From positions 1-64,000 of the forward strand of contig LPNZ01010852.1 of assembly GCA_001655205.1 (NCBI GenBank): a stretch of DNA of 64,000 nucleotides, given 5' to 3'. Below are positions 1 through 12,000 of this stretch, piece after piece (position 1 is the first letter of the stretch; each line of letters opens with the position of its first letter). A program made the translations under genes and the position numbers. Below the pieces are notes generated by a model. That model had not been told where the DNA came from and did not search any database. It saw nothing but the letters and a program-made list of their open reading frames with translations. The stretch is from Lenisia limosa. Lineage: Eukaryota > Protista > Breviatea.

Positions 1-3000
1 GGGGGGGGGGGCTGATTAACGCCATTCAAATGATGCACAAGTGGCGGTGCCACGCACAAGAACATGGTGATGTTGGAATGGACGTTATTAACTCCACAGC
101 ATTGCAAGGTTCTACAACACTTCGGAGCGTTTGACCGCTCTCTTTGTCAAAATCACGAACCAGCTCATCACGTGCTGCAAGACTTATCTCAGGTTCGACA
201 TAGTCACATCTCCGCCTCTCACCCCATGCAGCAGCGAAGGGCCACTGTGGCAGCAAGATCGTGTTGGCATTATCGGCCGCATAGCCGACTGCATCCGTGT
301 GGCTGATGCCTACCAGAGCAGATTCAGGGAGGTCAAGGTGGGCACCCACGCCACTTTATGTGGCGCAATTGCTCTAATGCTGCTTTTTATTGTTTAGGCA
401 CGGCTGCAAGCTTCACCTCGTGAGAAGCAGTTCGACTTCAGTGAAATGTACATTTTCGGCAAACTGGGCACGTTTTGCAAAAGACTGGAGAAACTGAAAG
501 TATGGCGGCGTGGGTGCTTCTCATCTTTTAGACCCTCTTCTCAACTATCGATGAGTTTTCTGTGCTCTGCCGCCCCCATCTTCTTGAGGGTGTTGACACT
601 GTACTCGCCAAGTTCAAGGTTTGTTTTATTTGTGCATTTTCCTTCATATGATCCCATGTACTTAACATCTTAGGAAGTCGTCTTCTCATTCCAACGCAAG
701 CCCTACGATCTTCTAGATCATCGCAAATTGGTGAGCACAATGGGCTTTTTTTGGTACCCGTGGCTTTTCTTGGTACTGACGTGACTACAGGACTTTGAAA
801 CGGACTTTGTCTGGTTCCAAGAACGAGTCAATGAGACCGAAAGAGACCTTAAGGACTACATTGCCTCATCCTTCGCCCGCTGTCCCACTGTGGAGGCCTC
901 GTTGGACCTGGCAGAGAAGTTTTCTGAGGCTTTCACACGTCCTGCTCTTTTGGTGTGTGGATGCAGTGTGTGTTTTTTTGTACCGCTTGATTCTCTTTGT
1001 CGTACCGCTTGATTCTCTTTGTCGTACCCCTTGATTCTCTTTTGTGAACTAACCCTTTAGTCTGACTTGAGCCTCAAATACCACCTCATCTTCAAACAGT
1101 ACACTGCTTCCCTTGAAGAGGTGCGTGAGACCTTTTAGAGAGTACTCCATTCACGCCACAGGTCCGCAGAACGTACGAGCGCGAAAAGGAGTCGCCACCT
1201 GCTCCACGTCACACACCGCCGGTTGCCGGAAACGTATTATGGGCTCGTCAGCTTCTTCGTCGAATTGAACAACCCATGTCCAAGTTCAAGGAAATCCCGG
1301 GAATCATCCAGAACGCCGAAGGCAAGGTTTGTCACTTGCATCGTTAACCTCCCAGAAAGTTGTGCGTCAATACAACAAACTTGCTGGCGCCTTGGTGGAA
1401 TTTGAATCCCTCTGGGTGTCTGGTGGGAAGAGGGAATGACTTTTTTTCATCAGTGGCTTACCCTATTAGGGTAGACTTGCCATATTAGGATAGACTTACA
1501 ATATTAGGATGGAGCCGCGCTGTTGGTCATGTCAAATCGGGCCTTATGGCCTCACTGTTGGTCCGCCACCCCCAGTCACAGAAACTCTACGCCAACTTCG
1601 ACCCTCTGATCCTCCAGGTACTTGCCTTTTGTTATAAAGATTCTTGGGGATGAAGTCAATCAGTTTTCACTCCTTCAGCTGATTGCAGAGTCACACGCCC
1701 TTAAATCTCTGGGTGTTGAGCTGCCCTCAATGGCCGTCCACGTCTGCCGTCTGGAGAAGAAGCTCCGAGCCGAACAGAGTAAGTCCTTGGCATTTGAACA
1801 TCGCTGACAATCAGGCCGACTCGTGTACCTTGTGGCCGAATACGAACGCGTGCAGGCAAGGATTCTCCCGGTCTACGCACCCCTCGTCTCAGGACAAATT
1901 AGCCGTGTCGAGGCTCTTCTTGAACCGGTTTGCATCCCCAGGAAACTTGACAATAATTCTCACCCATGCCAGGCGCTGACCACGCTGACGTGGACTTCGT
2001 TGAATGTGCAATTGTTCCTGGAGGGTCTTGCCGCCGGCATCGAGGCGTTAGAAGGTGTCGTCACCAAGGCTAACGACATGATTGATTGTCGTATCGAAAC
2101 AGGCCTCGAGGAAATCCGTCAAACCTCAATGGTGACTATGCCTGGTGGGTCATCAATGGCAATTGTACGGTCGCAGACAGACTGGAGTTTGATACTATAT
2201 GATATGAACCGATTGTTATGAAGCTGAGCGTGTAGTTGGTGAGGTTTGGCCCGCAGAACGGTTCAGCAGGGAGAACTATATCCACAGCAAAACAGTATCG
2301 AAGGTGGGCTTGACACGTATGATACAAGGCTCATGGTGAGTCCTGACTGCGTAGAGCCTGGATCTCCAGAACCAACGTGTCGAATTGGCCGTCAATAATC
2401 TTGTCGACATCTGCCTCCACAAGTACACTGAAGAAGGTGAGGCTCTTGGGCTCTTTTCCTGTAACTATTTCAGAAGTGTCGGCTATGGACGAAGCAGTTT
2501 CCAACCTCGTGTCTCACTTCCAGGTTGGAGGGGGGTATAACTAGGGCTTCCCTTGGAAAAAGACTGATCAAATATCGATATTTATCGAGGATTTATCAAA
2601 TAAAATCCGTTTTTTGGGACCGTAAGGAAACCCTAATAATGTAAACAATTGAATTGAAGTTAAAGGACAATTATTAATAGCAATAGGCTGAAGCCACGGC
2701 CGCGGTAGTCACGGCCAATCTGCGGTCCTTCAAGAGCCTCAAGGTCCGTCTTGACTCCCAAGTCCGCGACACCCAATTGGCGGCAGTCATCATGGCCGAG
2801 ACCGAACGCGCTCCGCCGATCTTCCAAGTAGGCCTGAGGATGGGGATCTTTTACTTTTCAGGTGAGCGTGGAGCTTAGCATCCCCCACATTGTCACAACA
2901 CCGGGCCTGCCAGCCATCCAGAAGAGCCTCAATGACGTGAGTATACCAATGCTGTGATGATGGGGTTCTCTTGCTTTTCTTCCTAATGTTGTAACCGCCC

Positions 3001-6000
3001 AGGTTATTCGGTCTATTTTAGGAGTCAACCGAAGGGTCTTCCTTTGGGGTCAAGATCGCTCAACTGTAGGGCATTTGCCGAATTCTTTTGCTCCAGCGAA
3101 GACCTTGTTGACACCCCAGGGAGACGGATTAGCTACATACCACAGTGCCGTTTCACGCGACCGTAACATTGTCATTCATGTCCTCCTGCTCTCCGGCGCC
3201 GTGATGGCTGTTGACCGGCACGTCTCAACGCATCTTGCAAGCTACAACAAGTGGGCTTGCCTGCTGGTTTAACTCGGAATTAACTCGATCGTTGCGTCGT
3301 CTGATCTCCAGATACGACTTTGTTTGGAAAGAAGCCAAGTCTGACGCTTATGAGCTGTTCCTTGAAACAGACCCTTCACCAGATGATTTCGAAACTGAAA
3401 TGAGAAAGTGGGGGGGGGGGGGNNNNNNNNNNNNNNNNNNNNNNNNNNNNNNNNNNNNNNNNNNNNNNNNNNNNNNNNNNNNNNNNNNNNNNNNNNNNNN
3501 NNNNNTCTGCTTTGGCTAATATTATTCAGATTTGACCGACTTGCGTCTGAAGTTAGTCTCATTCCCGGCTGGTCACACATCGGTCCCCTGAGCCTAGTGG
3601 CGGCTTCACTGAAAACATCCCTTATGTGCGATTTGACCCTCTTTCTGAATCCCTTGCTAGACAGCCTTTTTAATGTTGACGCTTCAGTGAGGAGTGTCGG
3701 GCGTGGAAGCAGCAGTTCGGAACCAACCTCAACCGCAAGGCTCGGAGCGACATGGAAAGCCTCTATATGTACATCGAAGACGTGAGCAATGCCTTCAAAC
3801 AGGCTCTTGACTAACCCCCCAGACACAAGCACGTTTGAGTAGACCCACAACAGACCTTGACGATGTCCGCCAAACCATGGACGGCTTGAGCGGTGAGGCG
3901 GCGATGAAACGGGGACGTTACTGACAACAGTGTTGCAAATGTCATGCTTTAGGCCTTCGTGAGTTTGAGGGTGAGATAGAGAGCCGTTTGGGTCCTATTG
4001 AAGACGCCTACGCCACGCTTGCAAGCTACAAGATCAACGTGTCCAAGGAGGAATCCGAGCAGATCGACAACCTGAGGTTCGAACATGGGGGGTGCACGTA
4101 TCTCACTCTTCAGATACACTTGGCGCAAACTTCGTGACCAGGCGCACCAGATTCAGAAGCACCTAAGAGAGAAGGTCTGTTGCAAGCTTATTTGAGAACA
4201 GACCAGTCCTGACCCTCCAGCAACCCGTGTTCCGCAAGGAACTTGAGGAGTCCGTTGCAGCCTTTAAATTGGACGTTGCACAGTTCAAAAAAGAGTACGA
4301 CGCCAAGGGCCCCATGGTCCAGGGCACAAAACCCAGGGTTGCAGTCGAACGCCTCAATACGTTCCAAAGGTCGGGCCCATCCAGTGCAAGAATGATCTCA
4401 TCTGTTCAGACTTTTCGAGGAAAGAGACCGCAAGTATCAAACCTACCGTGCTGGCGAAGAGCTCTTTGGACTGGCGGTTCGCTTTTCACCTCTTATCGCA
4501 CATTTAATTCGTCCTGATAACATTCTTTCACCCAAGTGCCTTGTTTATCTTTGGACAAGCAGTTTCTTACCGTTCAGCTGACCGAGTACCGCGACCTTCA
4601 AATAGTCCGCAAGCAGCTGAAGCTTCTCCACTCCCTCTACGACCTTTATAGCGACGTCAACCAGGTGTGGGTCTTGCTGACGCATTTGTCTCATGGTGGT
4701 TTCACGATTGCATTTGTCTCATCATGGTGGTTTTACGGTTGCAGTGGTTTGGCCGTGTGGACGAGACACTGTGGGCCGACCTTGATGTCAAGCTCATGGC
4801 CGAGAACGTGGAGGCGTACCAGAGCAGGTGCAAGCGTCTTCCAAGTGTAGGTCGTGCCGTCATGACGTCACCATTCAGGCCCTTCGCGACTGGGAGGCTT
4901 ACCGCGATCTTCGATCTATCATCGACGAGTTCCGCGACTCGCTGCCCCTCCTGGAGGCTCTGTCACACAAGGCCGTGACGGCCAGGCATTGGCAGGCTAT
5001 TTCGGTGATGGGGTCCAAATCAAGATATTCCAATGGCATATAATAGCATGAAACATATGCCCATTTTACACACTGGCCTTAGTTATTACTCTCAATCCTC
5101 TTCTCATTTGCTTAGCTAAACATATTGTTTTTCTTCTCATCCCCCCCCCCCCCNNNNNNNNNNNNNNNNNNNNNNNNNNNNNNNNNNNNNNNNNNNNNNN
5201 NNNNNNNNNNNNNNNNNNNNNNNNNNNNNNNNNNNNNNNNNNNNNNNNNNNNNNNNNNNNNAATTGAAGAACCTCCGTGCGGCTCCTCTTCTTGAGTTTA
5301 AGGACGATATTGAAGAGGTCTGTTTTAGCATTATCTTGGCATAACTATCCTTGATACTCTTGATGGAGGGGAGAGCTCCGGCTTGATACTCGGTATTGGC
5401 AAGTGACGTTGTAGATCACATTCGGCGCTATCAAGGAAAGAGACATTGAGCTGAAGCTGAACACTGTTGCTGGCGAGTGGGCTTCCCAAGAGCTGACCTT
5501 CGCCGCCTTCAAGAACAGAGGCAACCTCACGCTCAAGGGTGGGCTGCAGGGCAAACTGCTGAACGTTTCCATCAGCATTTCTTAACCAAACAGGTCAAGA
5601 AGTGCAAGACGTCATCACCATGCTCGAAGACGCGCTGCTGTCCTTGGCGTCGCTGCTGTCTTCGCGTTACAACGCGCCGTTCAAGCACAAGATCCAAGCA
5701 TGGGTCCAGAAGGTTGGGCGTCGTACTGCCTGACGTTTTAGCTTTCGATGGCGGGAGAAGTCATTGAAGAGTGGATGTCAGTCCAGTCTCTCTGGGTCTA
5801 TCTGGAGGCAGTTTTCATTGGCGGTGACATCTCCAAACAGCTTCCCAAGGTGGGACCTTTTGTGGCTAAACTTTGTAGGAAGCGAAGAGATTCGCCCAGA
5901 TCGACAAGGCATGGGTGAAGATCATGACCAAGGTGGGAGAGTCGTTTAACACCGAAGAGGGGTCTTGATACTTCGGTTTAACCAAAATATAACGTTTTTA

Positions 6001-9000
6001 TGATGCTTCTCACCACTGTAGATCAAGGAAACTCCAAACGTTCTCGCGTGTACATACCACGACGAAAGCCTTCGCAACTTACTCCCTCATTTGACTGGTA
6101 CGTTCTAGGCTTCCTCCTGGTTCTTTCTCACACCGGCAGAGCAGCTTGAGCTGTGTCAAAAGTCTCTCACAGGGTACCTTGAGGCAAAGAGAGCCCTGTT
6201 CCCGCGTTTCTACTTTGTGTCCGACCCTGTTCTTCTTGAGGTTCTTGGCCAAACATCCAACTCGCATGCCATCCAGCCGCACCTCCAGGTCGGGACCAAG
6301 TACCTCTATCGATATGCGAATACTTGTATCATTTTGCTCAATATGATACCTTTTTTGAACAAGAGAAACCTTTACATTAGAAATCTAGGGAGGGATACCA
6401 TAAACAAATTACCAAACTTCTGCGACATTACTTGGTAATTTTTTGTGTTATCCTTTTAGGCCATTTTCGCTGCCCTCACCCAGCTGGTGTTTGACCCCGT
6501 GGAATACAACAGAATCCTTGGTAGGCCCTTGCGTAATACAAACAACTTTATCTCTTGAACTGTAGCTTGTTGAGTTAAATGTCATGATAACCGAGTAGCA
6601 CAGTCCTATCTAACACCCAAGGCTTCAAGGGAGAAGACGGCGAGTACATTGAGCTTGCCAAGCCGCTCATGGCTGAGGGCAATGTGGAGACGTGGCTCAC
6701 ACACCTGGTCACAGCCATGCAGGTTGGTCACGTGCACAACCGGGACTTCTTTACCGCATAGACCGCAATGAAGAAGGTGATCTCGCGAAGTGTTGCTGAA
6801 ATGCCGTCAATGGGTCTCTTCGAGTTTGTTCAGAAGTACCAAGCTCAGGTCGGCGATAACCCTTTTCACCATGGGGGTTGTAATTAGAGCTTTACTTCGG
6901 TTCGAAAAAAAAACCGGTACTATATTGATAGTTTTCGAGGATTTATCGAGAAATTCAGTCTATTTTCGAACCGAAGTGAAGTCCAAGTTGTATTGCAATA
7001 TCCTCACCGCTTAGGTATCGCTTCTTGGAATCCAGCTCAGTTGGACGAGTGACGTGGAGGAGGGTTTGGTGCAGTCGAAATACGACAAAGCCGCGCTGGC
7101 AGCTGTCGTCAAAAGAGTGTCTAACGTTCTCAACCAGCTTGTGGACTTCACTGTTAAGTATGCTCTCCCTTCTCTTGGCTCTGACTTCTAGGGATCTCTC
7201 CAAGGTTGAAAGGACCGGCCTTGAAACCCTCATTACCATTCAAGTATGCTTGGCCTTCTGGGTTGCCGTTTCGGATTTTCCATTCATAGTGTTTAATGTC
7301 TAATTTAAATTTTCAAAAATGCTCCGAACACTATACAAAGCAACAAGCAATATCACCCCCGTTTTTACACTTCATCCTTGACCTCCTTCGTGTTTTTAAC
7401 CAATGTGGTTGCTTTGTGTTCATAATTCGCATTTGACCCCTTTCAGGTGCACCAACGTGACGTTGTTGAGACTCTCAATAAACAGCGCATCAGATCCCCC
7501 CACGACTTTGAGTGGCTCAAGCAGGCTCGGTTCTACTGGAGCGAAGAGGAGAAGGACGTCGGTATCAGCATCGCCTCTGTTGACTTCAAGTACAACTACG
7601 AGTACCTTGGTGTTGTTGAGAGACTGTGTATCACGCCGCTGACCGACCGTTGCTACATCACCTTGGCTCAGGTTAGGGGCTTTGTTGCTACATTTGGCTC
7701 AGGTTAGGAACATCATTTCATCAATATAGTTTTTTTTCGGATGTTATTCCATTCACTTGTCACCCCCCCCCCCCCNNNNNNNNNNNNNNNNNNNNNNNNN
7801 NNNNNNNNNNNNNNNNNNNNNNNNNNNNNNNNNNNNNNNNNNNNNNNNNNNNNNNNNNNNNNNNNNNNNNNNNNNNNNNNNNAAACAGTGGGTTGATTGC
7901 GTTTGATTGCCTTGTCTTACCACGAAGGTCAAGGACATGGGGCGTACGTTGGGCAAGTTTGTTGTCGTCTTCAACTGCAGCGACCAAATGGACTTCCGCG
8001 GCTTCGGCAAAATCGTCAAGGGTCTAGCCCAGGCCGGGTGTTGGGGCTGTTTTGACGAGTTCAACCGCATTGAGCTTCCGGTTCTGTCGGTGGCGGCGCA
8101 GCAGGTTGGCTCGGTCTTCAACGCTAGACGAGAACGCCGCAAGGAGTTTGTCTTCACTGATGGCGCCACCGTGCCGCTCAACGCAGAGGTACGCGCATGA
8201 CGCCATGTGGCTTATTGTTCAGGTTGGCCTCTTCATTACCATGAACCCGGGTTATGCTGGCCGCCAAGAACTCCCCGAGAATCTCAAGGTCCAATTCAGG
8301 TTCGGCCTCAGCTCTTTCTTCTCTCTTGCTCTCTCTCTTCTCTCTTCCCCTCTTTCTTTTCTCTTTTCTTTGTCACCCCCCTCCCCCCAGAACTGTTGCT
8401 ATGATGGTTCCAGACAGGCAAATTATCATGCGTGTTAAATTGGCATCTCAAGGGTAGGCTAGTTTCACAGGGCCTCCTTTACCGCCAAGATTCCAAGAGA
8501 ACATTATGCTTGCTAAGAAGTTCTTCATTCTCTATCGCCTGTGTGAGGAACAGCTCAGCAAACAGAGACACTACGATTTCGGCCTGCGGAACATCTTGAG
8601 TGTTTTGAGAACCTGCGGATACACCAAGGTTTGTGGTCTTCTTGCAAACACCCCTTGACCAATCCAGCGTGCGAATCCTCACGACTCTGAAGTCATGATT
8701 CTAAAGCGAGTGTGTCGCGACCTAAACCTGTCCAAGCTGGTTGATGATGATGAGCCGCTCTTCTTGAGCCTCATTGGGTGGGTTATCTTAGGGCTTCACT
8801 TCGGTTCGAAAAAGACCTGTTAAATATCGATAGTTTTCGAGGATTTATCGAGAAGTTCAGTCTTTTTTCCAACCGAAGTGAAGCCCTAGCCATCTTCTCT
8901 ATCATTCCTTGTGTTCTTGTTTAGTGGTCTTGGCCTTTCTGACCTTGTAGTGACCTTTTCCCGGAGGTTGAAGTCAGCAAGGAGAACTACCCAACGCTGG

Positions 9001-12000
9001 AGGTAAGGCTGGCTTTTCGGAAATGAACTGAGCTGAACTGAACTGAACTGAACTGAGCATTTAGGCTGCGATCAAGGAGCATGTTGATGAGAAGGGCCTT
9101 GTCTACCACGACGAGTGGGTCAGTAAGGTGAGCGACCGCAGCTTATATGTTGGCATTAACCAGTACAGGTGGTCCAGCTTCATGAGACGTCTCTTGTGCG
9201 GCACGGCATCATGGTGCTTGGCCCCTCCGGCTCGGGCAAAACCCAGTGCATCCACAGTCTCATGGCTGCTCTCAACAAAACTGGCCAGCCTCACAAGTGC
9301 GGATAATATTCTCTGACCGCATGTGCTGTTTCAAACCTCACCCCCAGGGACCGCATGTGCTATTTCAAACCTCACCCCCCAGGGAGATTCGCATGAACCC
9401 CAAGGCCATCACTGCTCCCCAAATGTTCGGACGTCTGGATGTTGTCACCAACGTATGCCCGACCTCGCCGTATTGACGTTCAGGACTGGACCGACGGCAT
9501 CTTTAGCTCCATTTGGCGCCGCGCGTGTAAGAAGAAAAGCGAGCAGATTTGGATCACGCTTGACGGGCCTGTTGATGCGATTTGGATTGAAAATCTGAAC
9601 ACTGTCCTAGATGATAACAAAGTAAGCGCTGTTGCCTTGGGTCACACTGTAGTCTCTGACTCTGGCCAATGGTGACCGAATTCCGATGCAAAACACGATG
9701 AAGCTTATCTTCGAAGTTTCAAACCTGGACAACGCGTCTCCTGCCACTGGTTTGCTACCTTGTCACTGGGCTTCCCCACGGTTCCAAAAAACTGAATCTC
9801 TCGATAAATTCTCGATGAATATCGATATTTTATTGGTCATTTTTTGAACCCTAAGGAAGCCCTCCCTACCTGTCATTCAATCTCGATTTCTGCTCAACTT
9901 TAATGGATACTATTATCAGTATGAATATTTCTGATGGTTTTAGTGAGCCGAGCTGGAATGATCTACCTTGCCGTCTCGACGCTGGGCTGGGAGCCTCTGT
10001 ACCAATCTTGGGCAAAAACGCAGAACCGGGGCGTGCAAGGTGGGTCAATGTCTGTGCTTTGTTGACTCTTTAGACGTTCTCACCCCGCTGTTTACCGCCA
10101 ACCTTCCAGTCCTTTTTACTCTTATCAAGGAGAGCCTCAAGCCAACCATGGCTGTATGTTGAGGGTTTTTATGTATTCAGTCAGACCTTCAAGCAGTATT
10201 ATTTCTCAATATTCCTCCGTTCATCATTGTTTGGTCGGTTACCCCTCTCCCCCAGGTGACTGAGATGAACATGGTTACCACAACTACGGACATTCTGACC
10301 TCTCTTATTCCAGAGGTTTGTCAGAATAACGGTGTCTTTTCTTATTAAAAACAAAGCCGCCTTTTTGCTTACCGCACAGGAGGAAGTTCGGTCAATGAGC
10401 GCAGAGCATCTGAGTCGGCTGTTCACATACGCAGTGACATGGGGCATGGGCGGACTGTTTGAGGTCGAAGATAGGATCCTGTTCTCGAAGGAGCTTGCCA
10501 GCCGCCCCGTGAGTCCCTATACTGCCTTGTCTCAGTCGTTCTTGCCCATGGATTCATCGCTGTGCCTGACCTTTTAGGGTATCGACGTTCCCGTGATGAA
10601 TGAAGGAGAAACGCTCTTCGACTTTATGGTGGAAAGCAACGGACAGTGGAAGGCCTGGGCTGATGTGTTAGTGGCGCATGCTTGTTTCTATTGCGTATTC
10701 GCCAACTCTGCCTGACTTCTTAGCGTACCTGAATATGTGTACCCCCAAGACCACTCACCGCTCTTCTCTTCAATCTTCGTGCCCACTGTCGACAACACTC
10801 GCATCGACTACCTTCTCGACCTTCTCATGTCCCGAGTAGGCTCACTAATCGTGACTCTCACCTCTGCAGTCCAAGCCTGTCCTTCTGATCGGCAGTCCTG
10901 GAACTGCCAAAACAGCGACTATGACGCACTACCTGCGGCAACGGCGCTCTGAGAACCTGAGCTACAAACAAATCAACTTCAGCAGTGCCACTACTCCCGG
11001 ACAGGTGCGGTGGAAGACTCTTTCGGGAACATTTGAGCAGTGACATCGTTTACTCTGCTAGGTGCAGCGAATGATTGAAGGAGTCGTCGACAAACGTCTT
11101 GGGAACACCTTCGGCCCTCCTGCTGGTAGGTACCTACGCCCTTTGCTGACTGTCTAGGAAAGCGAATGGCGTTGTTTATTGACGATCTGTCCATGCCTGT
11201 CATCAATGAATGGGGAGACCAGGTTTGCTAGCGCTTTTTGGATGCCCCATTGTCCCATTGTGGATTTGCTTCACGCTCGCAGGTCACCAACGAACTTCTG
11301 CGCCAGCTTATTGACCAAGGCGGCCTCTACTCCCTGGTACGTCCGCCCTTATTCCCCTCTCTCAAGCCGCATGACCCCCTAGGATAAGCCCGGAGAGTTC
11401 TCGCGTATCGTCGATGTTCAGTTCATGGCGGCAATGTCTCACCCCTCCGGCGGCCGCAACGACATTCCCGAAAGACTCAAGGTTGGCCCGGTCTGACTGC
11501 AATTAACTCTGTAGCGCCAATTTGCCATCTTCAACCTGCCGTCACCGTCGTCATCATCGGTGCAACACATCTACAGCAAGATGGTGTCGGGCCACTTCTC
11601 AAGATCCAGAGGCTTCACCGAGGATAGTAGGCTGCTCCTTTGTCGTAACGCTCTAGTCCAAGCCTTGTCACCTAAACTGGTGGACCTCACGCAGAACCTC
11701 TGGTCCGCCACCGCGGCCCGAATGTTACCCACTCCCGCCAAGTTCCACTACGTCTTCACCCTCAGGTTTGAGCCTTGCACCCCATCTTGTTACGGTTTTA
11801 GGGACGTGAGCCGTATTGTTGAGGGCCTGCTCAGGGCCGACAGCTCCGTAATCTCCACCTCAAAGTCGCTGCTGAGCCTTTGGCGCCACGAGAGCCAGCG
11901 CGCAATCAGTGACCGCTTCACATCCAAAGACGAGCACGCCTGGTTCGACAGAGCTACTCAGGTTGGCGGCTGGGGACCTGAGAATCATGATGATTGACCA

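Noticed and set aside
6406-7335. Small intronic hairpins (AAATTACCAA/TTGGTAATTT at ~6406-6441; TAGTGTT/AACACTA at ~7286-7333)
   Set aside because: Short, single-copy and AT-rich; compatible with chance
8317-8372. CT-rich low-complexity tract
   Set aside because: An ordinary intronic polypyrimidine or low-complexity stretch
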